This document shows positions 49,826 through 63,084 of a DNA stretch of 64,000 nucleotides, piece by piece. Source of the DNA: Octopus vulgaris (Eukaryota). A program made the position numbers and the translations under genes. Location: assembly GCA_951406725.2 (NCBI GenBank), contig OX597822.1, positions 18,786,001-18,850,000 on the forward strand. Reading direction: 5' to 3'. Within the stretch, counting starts at the first letter, position 1. Every line of letters begins with the position of its first letter. The notes beneath the pieces were generated by a model that worked only from the letters and a program-made list of their open reading frames with translations, had not been told where the DNA came from and did no database searches.

Positions 49826-52329
49826 ATATATATATATAAATGGGGAGCTGCACCAAGTTTCAGTTTGATTTGGCATGGTTCCTACAGTTGGTGTTAGGAA
49901 GGGCATCCAGCTATAGAAACCATGCCAAATCAGATTGAAATGTGGTGCAGCTCCCCAGCTTACCAGTTTGCAGATAAATCATCCAACCCATGCCAGCATG
50001 GAATATAAATGTTAAACGATGATGATGATATATAAATTATATAAATATCTATGTGTATGTCTGTGCTTTTGCTTGTTGCTCCCTCTGCTTGACAACTGGA
50101 GTCCATTTCTTTACATTGCTGTAACTTAGCAGTTCAATATAAGCAATTGATAGAATAAGTTCCAGACTGAAAAGTAAACACTGGTGTTGATCTGTTTGAC
50201 ATATTCCTTTAATGTGCTGCCCCAGCATAGCCACAGTTCACTTACTGAAACAAGCAAAAAGTTAGATTATATGACAAAATTTTCCCAGTTTTAGCTTATT
50301 GGGAGTTAGTGCAGCTAAATTTTGGAATGAAGTTACCAATTTCTGTGGTCCTCTTTAGTATTTCAGTAATATATTTAGTAGTAGTCCTCAATGATGGCAA
50401 ATTCTAAAACAAAATATTGCAATTTTCACTGCATTGTACTTCTGATACTCAATAGTCACGTTCTTGGCCTGCAAAAAGCAATTATGTTCTTTCTTGCTCA
50501 GAATCTTCGTTCCATCAGTAATTTCAAATCTAAGAGCTATCCAAAATTTATTTAAATTCCTTTCAGTGCATTATTATGGCATTAATTTGGATCATAATTC
50601 TAAAAGCAATTCACTTTTATTATAACATTGTTCTTTTAGCCAAGAATGTTATGGTTGTTGTGGAAGAGAAGAATGGGAAATACTTATTCAATGAGCTAAA
50701 TTCTTTATACTAAAAATGAGACAGTCTCATTGTTGAAGCTAAACTTATTGTTGAAAATATTAGAAACCTAATTAAATTTTCCAACAAAATACAGAAGATG
50801 AAAAAACGTTCTTTAGTTAAGGTAGAGAAAGTGATAAATATACTAATTCTACAACTACTTAAGGTAGAAGTAGTGTACACTGTATTTCACTCTGTGATTT
50901 GAAAGATTTAAAAAAGATTCAATACTGCCTCATATTTTAATGATATATTAAGATTCATTTGGAAATAATATCTGGAAAAGGAAAGGGATTAGATTGTATA
51001 AAATATTGGAAGTAACAACTATATGAGGTAAATCTACAAAAGTCTATATTCACCAAATGATGCTTCAGCTGAAATGAAGAACATTTGCACTCATCAAGTG
51101 ATATTTCAGTTGTGAAGGGAACATAGAATGATACCATGCATCCATGCATCCTCCCTTCAGATAAAAATAATTAAGTATGGAGACAGTAAAAGAAGCCAAG
51201 TTTACAGCAATAGTATAACTCCAATCTAGAATGAAATATTACATTTCTACGATTTAGTGCAAAAATAATGTCTCAGATTGAGCCTTCCACTTGGTTTCAT
51301 AATTGTCTTTAAGTAATGATGTCAATGAATATGAGTTGTGGACCTTGTGATTCTGAGCGAAATAGTAATGAACGGTTTATCCATCACTCAGAACAAGAAG
51401 AGCACTTGTCTATGCCATGTTCGATCAATTATAAAGAAAACTGACTCACAATATTTAAGATATTGATATACTGATAGACATAAAAGTTGAAATATTCCAT
51501 TAAATCACAACATGGGCACAGGCATGGCTGTCTCATTAAAAGGTTTGCTTTGAAACTGCATGATTTTAGATTCCATTGTGTGATATCTTGGGAAAGTGTC
51601 ATCTATAGCCCTGGGTCAGCCAAAGCTTTGTGACTGATTTTAGTAAACAGAAACTAAAAGTATCCCCTCATATATATATATCTGTCTGTCTAGCTGTCTG
51701 TCTTTCAGTTTTACTTCAAGACTTCTAGTTAATAGAGAGTCGGTTTGTAACCTAGATCCAAAGCTCCTTCATTGGAATTTCAACAACAACAGGGTATTTT
51801 TGCATGTATGTATATGTACAGTATTTGGAGTCCCTGCATGTGCGCAGATTTATGTTTTGTTTTATGTAGGTATACTCATGCATATAGTTACATGTCTAGA
51901 CATGTACATATATATACTTTCTGGTTTTGAGAGGCCTAATTTTTCAAGATTGGTACTTAGGCAGTGTGTTACATATCCCAGTGCCACAATAATTACAGGT
52001 ATAAACCTGGACTTGTAATTTGGGTAGAGCAGCTGTAGATTTCACAGGCCTCTGAGAGTGGAGTAATTGGTGCCATTGATTGGTGTCATTAATGTTATTC
52101 TGAAACTTTGCAATGTCTTTTAAAAACATATGAACAAGGAAAGAATTCTAGAAGACTGACATTCTGGGAAGGAAGGAGTGTGCATAATGATTAATGCGGG
52201 CTTGGGAAGGTTGGGGACAAACACACACATGCACACACACTCACACTCACACAGGTATAGCAGAAAACAGTATAGATCTGCAAGTATTTCACTGCAACAA
52301 AATGTGGAGATGATTAGGTTTAGGATCAG

Positions 52330-52980
52330 CAAAGACAAAAGTGATGAAGAGTGACAATACTATGGACCAAGAAGCAGTTATTAATTTCTACCAGAACAAG
52401 TAGAAATGAACCAATTCACCTCTCTGGATAGTGTTGTAAGCAGCACTAGTGATGTGAAATTGCAGGCTTGGAAGTGCAGTAACAGTGTTCCAGTATATGA
52501 GAGTGACTTCAAACATCAACATTAATATGAAGTTGCATCTGTTTAACTCCATCATTCTGTCCCCTGAAATCTCTGCCATTGACATTTGGAAGAATACAGT
52601 AAGGATGGGTAGAGAACCAAATGTATTGCATGAAAGGTATCTCAGAATGATCCTAAAGGTTATCTGGTGTGACTGTGTTACAAATAACAAAATTCTGAGA
52701 AGAGCAGGGTCACAGCAAGAAAGTGTAGCGAAGTGTTGATTCTGCCCAGCTAGACACATTCTTCATCTGTCCAATTAGCAACACTTAAAGGTAGCCATGA
52801 CTTGGGTACCACCTATTAACAGGCTTAAAAGGGACAAATCACTTGATGATGGATATTTCAAGATGATGTGAAAATATTCAACATTATGTGGAATGGATGT
52901 GAAAGAGTAACAACCTACTAAGCTTGATGGAGGAAGCTTGCTGCCCATAGCCCTGAGTAGCATACGGTGACCAAAAGCTA
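52330..52980 (+). mobile_element. Old RTE-clade LINE fragment (RT C-terminus)
   Basis: VEMNQFTSL..., KLHLFNSIIL...ERYLRMILKVIWCDCVTNNKILRRAG. Confidence 0.7.
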
Positions 52981-53133
52981 ACATGTGTATAAAGGAATAA
53001 AACATTTTTGGTTGTATACAGATTAGTATATTGGCAATAATAGCAGAGAAAATTCTCAATCAAGGAAATTAAATAGAATAAAGTAGACTTTTTTCATTCA
53101 AGAATTTTTCATCTAGTGCTTGAGAATGCTTAT

Positions 53134-53348
53134 CCCTTTAGCATTGAAACTGGCCATAACCAGACAAAAAATTCTTCCTGTCTTATATTCAAACTGGTCA
53201 AATCTGACCGCTCACACCAATCCTATCATTGTAAAAATCAATAGTTACCTCATCAAAATCCCAAAGCTACAAGATAATGCATGATTAATTTGAAACAATG
53301 TTAATTAATAAACATTACTTTTGACAGAATAATTTGAATGCTAAAGGG
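53134..53348. mobile_element. piggyBac-like MITE
   Basis: Perfect 12-bp TIR CCCTTTAGCATT / AATGCTAAAGGG; flanks TTAT / TTAC are consistent with a decayed TTAA TSD. Confidence 0.7.
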
Positions 53349-55141
53349 TTACACTACCACAACTCTTAAATATAACAAAATATTCTGTTTTATTTTAATT
53401 TATTTTGTTTCTTTCCATTTCCTTGGAAAATCTGAAGATTTCTGAAACTGTATATAAATAAACTCAGGACCAATCCCTTCATTTCTTCTAACAGCAATAT
53501 TGTTCACTAATTGTGGTGTAAGACAAATAAAATAGCACCGTTTACTTGAAATTAACACAGTAATGGTTGGCAGAAGAAATTTACTTAATATGAATGGAAA
53601 ATCAAAGAAACCATTCCAACTTGTGACTATGGGGCAGAAAAGTAGAGATGATTTCAAATGGGTCCCTGTGATGATGATAGTAATGGCAGGAGGAGGAGGA
53701 CAGACAAAACAATAAAGATGCAATTAATGATACAAACATGAGAAATCATTAGCAGTAAAATGTATTTGGCACCTTCCACCATTAAACGACCCAATCCCAA
53801 TAGTATTAATATTTATCATTTTTATGGTTTTCCAGTGTAAGAACTGAGAGAATTCTTTGCATCTCTCTCCACTTAAATAGCTTTGCTCTAAATTATACCA
53901 CTTTGTTGCAAATACAAATACTCTTCAAACGCTGCTCTTTTACTCAGACTCACCCATGTCACAGATGCTTTCCAAAATGTCATCTCACTCAAACCTTGCT
54001 TGAGTACACATACAGCACATGACATCAGATGAGAGATCACTGAAAAATTCAAACCATACATTAATGCTACCAGAAGATGCAAACTCTGCATTGCAGAAAA
54101 TAGCATAAATAATTCTAAGGAGCTTATGTCACTCAGTTTTGGACCAAAATACAAATGCTGAGATTTTCATTTCTTGCATACATGGGGAAAATTCATACTT
54201 TGGCTTGTAGAGTTTTATTTGTTTAATCTTTTACCTTTTCTTTTACTTCTTTCAGGCATTGTGGACTACAGCCATGATAGAATATCATCTTGTGGGGGGG
54301 GGGGGTTTTAGTCAAGCAGATAGGCCCCCAGTCCTTTTTTTAAAGTTTAGTACTTATTTTGTCACTCTCTTTTGTTGAAGTGCTAAGTTATGGGAATATA
54401 AGAAAATTGTCACTGGTTCTTGAGTGGTGGGGCAGACAAGCACAGAGACACACACATATTTAATTTCCATCTTCCAAATTCATTTACAAAGAATTGTTTA
54501 GCCCAAGATGTTGTGCAGTGAGATTGAACCAGGAACTACATGCTTGGAAAGTGAAATTTTAAACCACATTGCTAAATCTATGTCTATGATCCTTAATTAT
54601 AATGTATATGTTGGTGACCAGTGAAGGTATGTGGCCTAGTAAAAAGGTGTTGGTCTCATGGTCATATAACTATGAGTTCAGTTTCTGTATCAGCTGACAC
54701 ATGAAGTACTTTGAGCAAGCAAAGTACTTCATTTCACAGTGCAGGCTGTCTCTCTCTCTCTCCTTCTCCCTTTCTCCCTTTCTCTCTCTCTCTCTCCAGC
54801 TGTTGCATTCTGAATGTTCCACTGAGCCAAGAGTGTCTATGTCAGTCTACAACTCTACAAATACCTAAAATAATTAATGAAAATATGGTATATGTAACCA
54901 AGTTCTCCACACTTCCAAATGGCAGCCATAGTTTTAGATCTTTATACTAGTTTCCAATTAACTTTATATCATAAAGTATGTTATTGTCTTTGGTTTATTT
55001 ATTTATTTTGTAGCATGCATTTAGTAAACAACAGCAATGCTGGTTACAGGTTCCCAGTGAACCAATCCCTGGATTACTGTATCTTGTATAATGAGAATGA
55101 CAACGAATGCACTTCATGCAAAATAAATACTCCACACACTA

Positions 55142-56404
55142 CAAGGTGGTATCATAAAGCTCCTGGACTAGTCCTATGGCACACCAACAGATGGCAACAC
55201 ATAGCTGTGTGTGCAGTGAGAGCTAGCAGTGACCTTCATGAGACAGTGGTCAAGTGGCATTGCTGTTTGTGTTTTTGTGATTACATGTATGCTGTAGTCT
55301 GCAATTTTGTCATGGACTGGAAGTTGGAACAAAGAGCCAAAGTGAAATTTTGTGTTAAACTTAGGAAGTCTGCTACAGAGACATTGAACATGCTTTGGCA
55401 AGCTAACAGCAACTAGGCAGTGGGTTGTACACAATGTTTCAAGGCATACAGGTGCTTCAGAAGCAGAAGAACATTCTTGGAAGATGATTAGCAATCTGGA
55501 AGGCCTGCCATGAGTGTCACCCCTGGAAATGTGGAGAAAATTCATCAGTTTGTGGCATGAGGATCGTTGGAGGAAAATCAACAACATTGCTGGTGCTCTT
55601 GGTCTGTCGTATGGGGCCATGCAAGTAATCCTAATGCCTGAATTGAACATGTTACATGTTTCTGATAAATTTGTCCCCCACCTGCTGACCACTGAGCAGA
55701 AAGAACATTGTGTTATGATCTGTCAAGATCTCAGTCAGCCTGCTGCTGGTGACCCATCCTTCATGTTGAGGATCATCACTTCTGATGAGAGTTGGGTCAA
55801 CAGGTATGACCCTAAGATGAAGCAGCAGTCATCATAATGGAAGAGGCCTTCATCTTCACAACTGGAGAAGGCATGACAGAGCTGTGGCTCATCATTTTTT
55901 ACTACATTCATAGTATTGTGATTTGAGAATCCGTCCCCCTCCTGGGCCAGACTGTCAATCGAGAGTTCTGCTTTGATGTTTTGAAGCATTTGGGGGAGGA
56001 CATTCAGCAAAGTGACTAAATCTATGAAGCGCAAAAAGTTGGATTCTTCGCAACAACAATGCCCCTGTTGCCAAGCTTTCCTCACTCATGAGTTTCTCAC
56101 CAAAAACAACATGGTATTGCTTCTGCACCTGCTCTATTCACCAGATTTAGCACCTGTGGACTTCCATCACTTCCCCAAGGTTGCTGTTTTAACACCATTG
56201 TTGAAATCAAGAGCTAATCACAGGTCTTCAACTAACTTACGGAAAACAACTTCGAGGCTGGATTCCAAAAGCAGCAGGACACTGTGACCAGTGCCTTGTT
56301 ACTCAAAAGGTGACTATTTTGAAGGAGATGATGTCATAAATTTAGTAAATAAGTTATTTTTTTATTAAGCATAACAAGTCCAGGAAGCTTTTGATAGCAT
56401 CTCA
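55142..56404 (+). mobile_element. Decayed full-length mariner transposon with transposase pseudogene
   Basis: TA flanks; TIRs caaggtggtatcataaagctcctggactagt / acaagtccaggaagcttttgatagcatctca. From ~55312: MDWKLEQRAKVKFCVKL...FVPHLL...ITSDESW...YSPDLAPVDF, with stops and frameshifts. Confidence 0.92.
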
Positions 56405-58690
56405 TATTTATGATTAAATGTCCCGATTTTTGGTCACCTTGTTGATACTTATATGTCTGCATATGTACATCAATGAAAGAGAGAGAGAAAGACACACACA
56501 CATGAACTTCTTTCTTGGAGCTATATTTTTTTACAACATATTTGTTGTGGATAACTATTGATTGCTGCCAATGCTGGATCTGTGTACAATTCAAAAAGTC
56601 AGCAAGAAGCCATTGAATGGAACTGAAAGTAGATTTTCTATGGCCAGATATTCTTTGTTTCCAACCCATGTCTATTTCCAAACAAGGTAATATTTTCCCA
56701 TGGTCAGACATGCTTTTGCAGAATATTGGGAATGAATGCCACTGCTTATGTGACAGTGACATTCATTTACAACTATCAGGTTACATCAAAGTAAAGACAA
56801 ACATACACACACAAACTTCTCAGTTTTCTTTTTCCAAATTCCACTCCCAAGACACTGGTCAACCTAAGGTTATGTTAAGAGACATTTGCCCAGTGCACTG
56901 CGCCATGATTCAGAACTTCTAAACCCCGAAGCTATACCTGTGCTCTTTTCCCTAAGCCATGTATTGGACATATAGAAAAATAAACCAAGAAATTAATGTT
57001 TAAATCAGCTGTATCAGTTCAACTGTAGATTTTGTAAAGATAATAAAACTAAACACTTCTCTTGACCAGCACTTTTAAAAAGAAAAGGTTCCCTACTGTT
57101 ACACCTTTGCTTCATTCACCACTATCTTCTCCAGACTATTATGGCTGTCTTTCTTCAATCATTATTCACAGCAGCAGCAGCAGCACCACCACCGACAACA
57201 ACAACAACAATAAAATAGTCACTAGTGTAACATCAGTTTGTTTAATTACTGCTCCATAAACACTCGAAAACCCCTACAAGCAGTGTCCATGACAGGCTTC
57301 CTATTGAGTTACATTTAATTCACTTAGGTTTTGTCTTTCAAAGGACCATTAATATTTCCTTCGCCAGTCTTTGCTGCCAGACCATTTTAAACATCCACTC
57401 CCCACCAGGTTACCAGCAGAAGCCCATTTATTTGTGTTCTTTCATTGAAAATCTATCTCTCTTTAGATAATCCTTATCATAGTAGATCATTTTATTGGTT
57501 TTTATATGTTTTGCTTTTTATTATTTTTTTTGATAGTAATAATAATGAATCAGTTATGTGTTATATCAAAGGACAAAGATAGAAGTTGGTTAGAGAAAGA
57601 AAGGATGAAAAATAAGATGATTTGATAATAAAAATGTTTGATTGGAAGTTTTAAGATTTCTTTTAGCTGCTAGTATCTTTCTACTCTACTACAATAACAA
57701 TAAATGTGTTGAGGCCCATTTTCCTACTAAAATTGCCTTGCAAGGACCCCATGACAGGCTTCTAATTATACTTATGATCACTTTCTGAGCCAGTGGTTTA
57801 CAATTAGATGCACATCATGTCTTCATCCCTTTTAGTTATCCCTTTTACACTATGCAAGTTTACCATGTACCTGTTCTAAAACAAATGCACCACCTCATAA
57901 GCAGCAACTCTACTAATCTCTGTATTCTACTGTAAATTCAACTTTGATAGCGAACAAGTATTTAACTGTAGCTTTGTTTTCTACTAACAGCTTCCAACTG
58001 TACTATTCTCTACATTTTACTTCTTGTTGGCAATTAAATTTATAGCTTTATAATTTTCTATCTGCTAGATTCATTGTAAATAAACAGCTAGTTAATGCTA
58101 TACTTTGCTAACCTCTCTATAAGTGATTCTTTATTAGCAATAAAAGGGTTAACACTATACTTTGCTATCTGCTGGTGTATCTCAATTGCACTGTGTGGTA
58201 AATTCACCTGTTTCTAAGCAAGGTAATAACTCCCCATGGCCAGACATGTTTTCACAGAATCTTGGAAACAAAGTACATTGCTTGTATGATTGTGATGTTC
58301 ATTACTTACAACTCAAGTGATGTCAAGGCAAGGAGACTTACAATTTCCATCACCCAAATCCACTCACAAGGCTTTGGTCAGCCCAAGGTGCCACACAATG
58401 GAACTAAATCTTGAACCATTTGGATGGGAAGCAAACTTCTTACCATGCAGCCACACCTGTGCATATATATGTGTGTGTGTGTAGGGGGGGGGGGTTAATG
58501 TTTTATTTCAGCATTGCAAGACCAACGTAGAAGTCAGTGTTACATATGGTACAGAATGAAGTGTTAGCTGAGCACAGAGTGGTAATAAGAAAGAGAGATG
58601 ACAAAATAATGAATAATTATTTTATGAACTTCATTAGCTTACAGCTGTTTCTGTTGTAAGATGCAGTGGGCTCATAGTTGAGTGTCATAT

Positions 58691-58936
58691 ATCATCATCA
58701 TCATCATCATCATCGTTTAACGTCCGTTTTCCGCGCTAGCACGGGTTGGACGGTTTCGACCGGGGTCTGGGGAGCTCGGGACTGCCCCAGGCTCCAGTCT
58801 AGTCTGGCAGTGTTTCTACAGCTGGATGCCCTTCCTAACGCCAACCACTCCGCGAGTGTAGTGGGTGTTTTTTACGTGCCACCTGCACAGGTGCCAGAGG
58901 GGTCTGGCATCGGCCACGTTCGGATGGTGCTTTTTA
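58691..58936 (-). mobile_element. Young RTE-clade LINE 3' end (CpGs retained)
   Basis: (CAT)n cgtttaacgtccgttttccgcgctagcacgggttggacgg...; ends abruptly at the tandem array. Confidence 0.8.
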
Positions 58937-58938
58937 TT

Positions 58939-59793
58939 GGGGGGGTGCAGAAATATAGGGGAGCACCAGTGGGAGGGGTGGTTCAGAGGACAGGTACTAG
59001 TCAAGTAGAACGTAGGATATCGAGAGAGGGGTAATGCATGGTGAAATAGCGTATTGAAGAGGGGGGTTCAAAGAGTAGACACCTATAATGGTGGTGGGGG
59101 GTGCAGAAATATAGGGGAGCAGCGTATTGAAGAGGGGGTTCAAAGAGTAGACACCTATAATGGTGGTGGGGGGTGCAGAAATATAGGAGAGCACCAGTGG
59201 GAGGGGTGGTTCAGGGGACAGGTTCTAGGCAAGTAGAACGTAGGATATCGAGAGAGGGGTAATGCATGGTGAAATAGCGTATTGAAGAGGGGGGTTCAAA
59301 GAGTAGACACCTATTATGGTGGTGGGGGGGATGCAGAAATATAGGGGAGTACCAGTGGGAGGGGTGGTTCAGAGGACAGGTTCTAGGCAAGTAGAATGTA
59401 GGATATCGAGAGAGGGGTAATGCATGGTGAATAGCGTATTGAAGAGGGGGTTCAAAGAGTAGACACCTATAATGGTGGTGGGGGGTGCAGAAATATAGGG
59501 GAGCACCAGTGGGAGGGGTGGTTCAGAGGACAGGTTCTAGGCAAGTAGAACGTAGGATATCGAGAGAGGGGTAATGCATGGTGAAATAGCGTATTGAAGA
59601 GGGGGGTTCAAAGAGTAGACACCTATAATGGTGGTGGGGGGTGCAGAAATATAGGAGAGCACCAGTGGGAGGGGTGGTTCAGGGGACAGGTTCTAGGCAA
59701 GTAGAACGTAGGATATCGAGAGAGGGGTAATGCATGGTGAAATAGCGTATTGAAGAGGGGGTTCAAAGAGTAGACACCTATAATGGTGGTGGG
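58939..59793. repeat. G-rich tandem array: five ~156-bp units plus one 72-bp internally deleted unit
   Basis: The marker (g/a)tgcagaaatatagg starts at 58945, 59101, 59173, 59331, 59485 and 59641; the units are nearly identical. Confidence 0.95.
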
Positions 59794-59871
59794 AGAAAAA
59801 CGACATCCGGTATAGTTGGAGCAAAATAGAGATATCCGGTATTGGTGGTGGGGGTGGGTAGGGCGGGCGCG

Positions 59872-60359
59872 CCGCGAAGAATCGGCAGCCAATTTCTATA
59901 AGGGAGATAGATCTTAAAAAATATCAATAATGATAACTAGTGAATTATACAGAATATGCAAAACGAGGCGAGGCGAGGCGAGGCTGAAATAGTAAACAGA
60001 GTGGCGACTAGGGGGATCAGAATAATAATAATTAATAAATAATAATAATAAATAGAGATACGGATGAATTAAAGTTCAAAGATTTCTTATCTTGAGATCA
60101 CTTCGTTTACGGACAGACTTGGCAAAAGGAATTCGGAATCAAGAATGAGGCAATTTACTAGTTTAAGTATGCAATAGCCATGGCGGGTGGTAGGAAGAGA
60201 GGAGTCCAGACAGACGACAATGTAACAAGAGGGGGAGAGAAGGGAAGAGAAAAAGAAAAACCCCGCGAAGAATCGGCAGCCAATTTCTATAAGGGAGATA
60301 GATCTTAAAAAATATCAATAATGATAACTAGTGAATTATACAGAATATGCAAAACGAGG
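59872..60359. repeat. Exact 97-bp direct repeat (59872-59968 and 60263-60359)
   Basis: ccgcgaagaatcggcagcc...gaatatgcaaaacgagg occurs twice, 391 bp apart. Confidence 0.93.
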
Positions 60360-60404
60360 ATATATATATATATAGATGTATGAATGTATGTATGTATGTA
60401 TGTA

Positions 60405-60866
60405 TGAGAAAGTAAGGAGGGATGTCAGGAAGGGCATCGCTGTTACACTTCCAGATGGGAAGGGTCTTCCTATGATGCTGACATGCAGTGTCTGTGCAAG
60501 ACCCTGCCTCAGTAAAGCTGGACTCAAGAGTCATCTTCATAGTCATAAAGAGGGACAGATGAGTGACAACCTGGCCACTGGTGGTGGTGTAACACACCAT
60601 ACTAATCATATCTGTCGGGCATGTGGAAGAGAGTGTAATTCGGCAGCAGGACTTAAATGACATGCAAAGGTACATGAAGCCCAGTTACAACTACAGCCGG
60701 CTATTACCAGTAAAGGTTTTAGTTGCCAATTCTGCACAAGACATTGTAGATCTTTAGCTGGGCTAAAAAGTCACATTCAATCACAGCACCAGTAACAGTT
60801 AAGCTTTGTGCAATGGCCATACTCGATAACGAGGGGGCAGCCATTATGTATGTATGTATGTATGTA
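60405..60866 (+). mobile_element. 5'-truncated RTE-type LINE 3' end encoding three C2H2 zinc fingers, with a (TATG)n tail
   Basis: CSVCARPCLSKAGLKSHLHSH, CRACGRECNSAAGLK*HAKVH and CQFCTRHCRSLAGLKSHIQSQH, then a short 3' UTR (ctcg-ataa-cgag hairpin) and (TATG)n. (TATG)n is also present upstream. Confidence 0.75.
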
Positions 60867-63084
60867 TATCTGTATCATCATCATCATCATTAACATTTTT
60901 TCCATGCTGGCATAGTTTGGATGGTTTGACAGAAGCTGGCAAGGCTGGAGAGCTGCACCAGGCTCAATTGTCTGCTTTGTCATGGTTTCTGTGTCTGAAT
61001 TCCCTTCCTAGAGCCAACCACTTTATAGAGTGTCACTGGGTGCTTTTTATGTGAAAGCAATATCAGTGGAGGTCACCAGGTAATTTGTGAGATAAAGATA
61101 TCCCAGCTGGAAGAGGGATTCAAAGCAAGGGGCGTGGCTTTGTGCCAGGTGAGAAATCAGAATATAACAGAGGGAGAGAGATAGGTATCTTACTATAGGG
61201 GAGATGCTTTACTCCCCCAGTAAGACAAGGAAGGAGAGATAAGGTTAGAAATAACTAGACAAAGTGAGGGACAAATAAATGATGTTGGAGATACTTTGGG
61301 AGGGGGGGGGGGGCAACCAGCAGGGAACAGTTAGAGTGGGGAGGGTATATGCGGTAGAGAGGGGGATGTTCCATAAGAGTGTAAATGGAGATGGTAGAAG
61401 ATGGGGAAGAGGTGACTGTAGCATGTGATGGCAAGAGAAATTGGAGTGCATGGGAGGTGGGTATAGTAGATATGTAAGGACAGGGAGAGTTTGCTGATGG
61501 CTACGTGAGAGAAAGTGGAGGGACCTGCAACAGGTGGGGGTGGGGGAATATGTGTTGGGAAGATGTGTTGCTGGGGAGTTAGTGCTATAAGTCATATTTG
61601 TTTTATGAAAAAGGTGCCACTGTCCTTATGAATATATGAACTAATAAAGTATTACTGGATTGGAAATGCAGTGACTTTTCAGGGCATTACTGCAACCCTC
61701 ATATATCTTTAAAGTTCTTCTAAGTTGCAGCTGAAATCTCCCTTTTGTTTGAGGAGACCAGAATGTTTGTTTCTACTTAGATTCCTGTCATTTCTCATAG
61801 TGGTGCCAAGAACCATGAACTGTCATGCTCTCAATAAAATTCAGATTTTCTTTTCAAATAGAGGAACAATTTAATGATGCTTAACAGTTGCAAATAATAT
61901 TTATATTATCTTCCTTTGTATTTGCAGGTATATTGTATTATTACATAAGGCATATTACTTGATCTCATGCCAAAAGAATCTAACAGAAAAATAGACATTC
62001 TTTCACATCACAGTTGAACACACACTTTAATTAGGAAAATACCTGAATTTTAAAGACCATTTCATTAATATAGAGCAATGAGTATCCTGGTACAAAGTGA
62101 CCATACAAGTGCTGGTCTTATGATAAAGTACATCAAGTGCATTTTGTGATGTGCTAGGCAACCAAAGGGACATATCAAAGGGTTGAGAAGACTTTTGAGT
62201 TTTTTTTTGTCAAGAACATGACAATTTCTCTAGTGCTGATGTCATGAAACAAACCGCCCATTACATTCACAAAGTAGTTGTTATTAGAAATAGCATTCGA
62301 TCGCAGAAACCATGCCAAGATCAAAACAAATGAATGAGGCATGGTGCTCTTCTCAGATTTACAACAGCAATGACCCCAAAAAAGAATTAACTTGAACTAT
62401 GACAACCCAACTGACACAAACTAGCTTGGGAAGTAGATATAAATTGATAAAGAATTTAGTATTTTGTCACACAAACAGAAAATATCAACACTTTTTGCTT
62501 TTTAATTTATAACTGGGAAATCTCTTTCAATTCCCTTTTGTTTTAATCATTACTAAACAATAGTTAATAACTGTAGGGAGGAAAAGTATAGGAAATATCA
62601 TTGTCCCTAAATGTAGAATTCACAATTAATAGACATTAAGAGTTCTCAAAAATATCTCAAACATTTAAAAGAAACTATTCAATATATTGCCTTATAATGC
62701 AAGAAATTTCGCAAAATGCATGAAGGCCAAAATCAGTGCAATTAGCACACTCAAGGGTAAAAAACAAAAATCAGTTATTATCATTGCCCTCATTGTTTTG
62801 ATATCCAGTGTTCCTTGCTTGCATTGGTCAGATGGAATTCATTGAAACACATTCTCTATAGCCTGATACTTTTCATATCATCAGCCTTCACCTGTTTCTA
62901 AGCAACAATATATTTTCCATAATGGTAGATACATTTTTCACTAAAGATTGGAAGTGAAGATTTTTATTTGTATGATGGAGAAGCTCAACTTACAACCAGC
63001 TTGGGATATCAAAACAATGGCAGACTCATGCATACACACAAACACACACACACACACACACAACACACATATAGGGACAACAAA

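Noticed and set aside
57287-57768. 14-bp direct repeat ccatgacaggcttc about 460 bp apart
   Set aside because: Short, with no recognisable element between the copies; cannot be supported as a TSD.
58939-59793. Regularly spaced repeats resembling a CRISPR array
   Set aside because: Whole units are repeated with no unique spacers, the context is eukaryotic, and there are no cas genes.
60376-60800. Host C2H2 zinc-finger gene
   Set aside because: In-frame stop, no TGEKP linkers, and an RTE-like short UTR with a microsatellite tail; better explained as a retrotransposon end.
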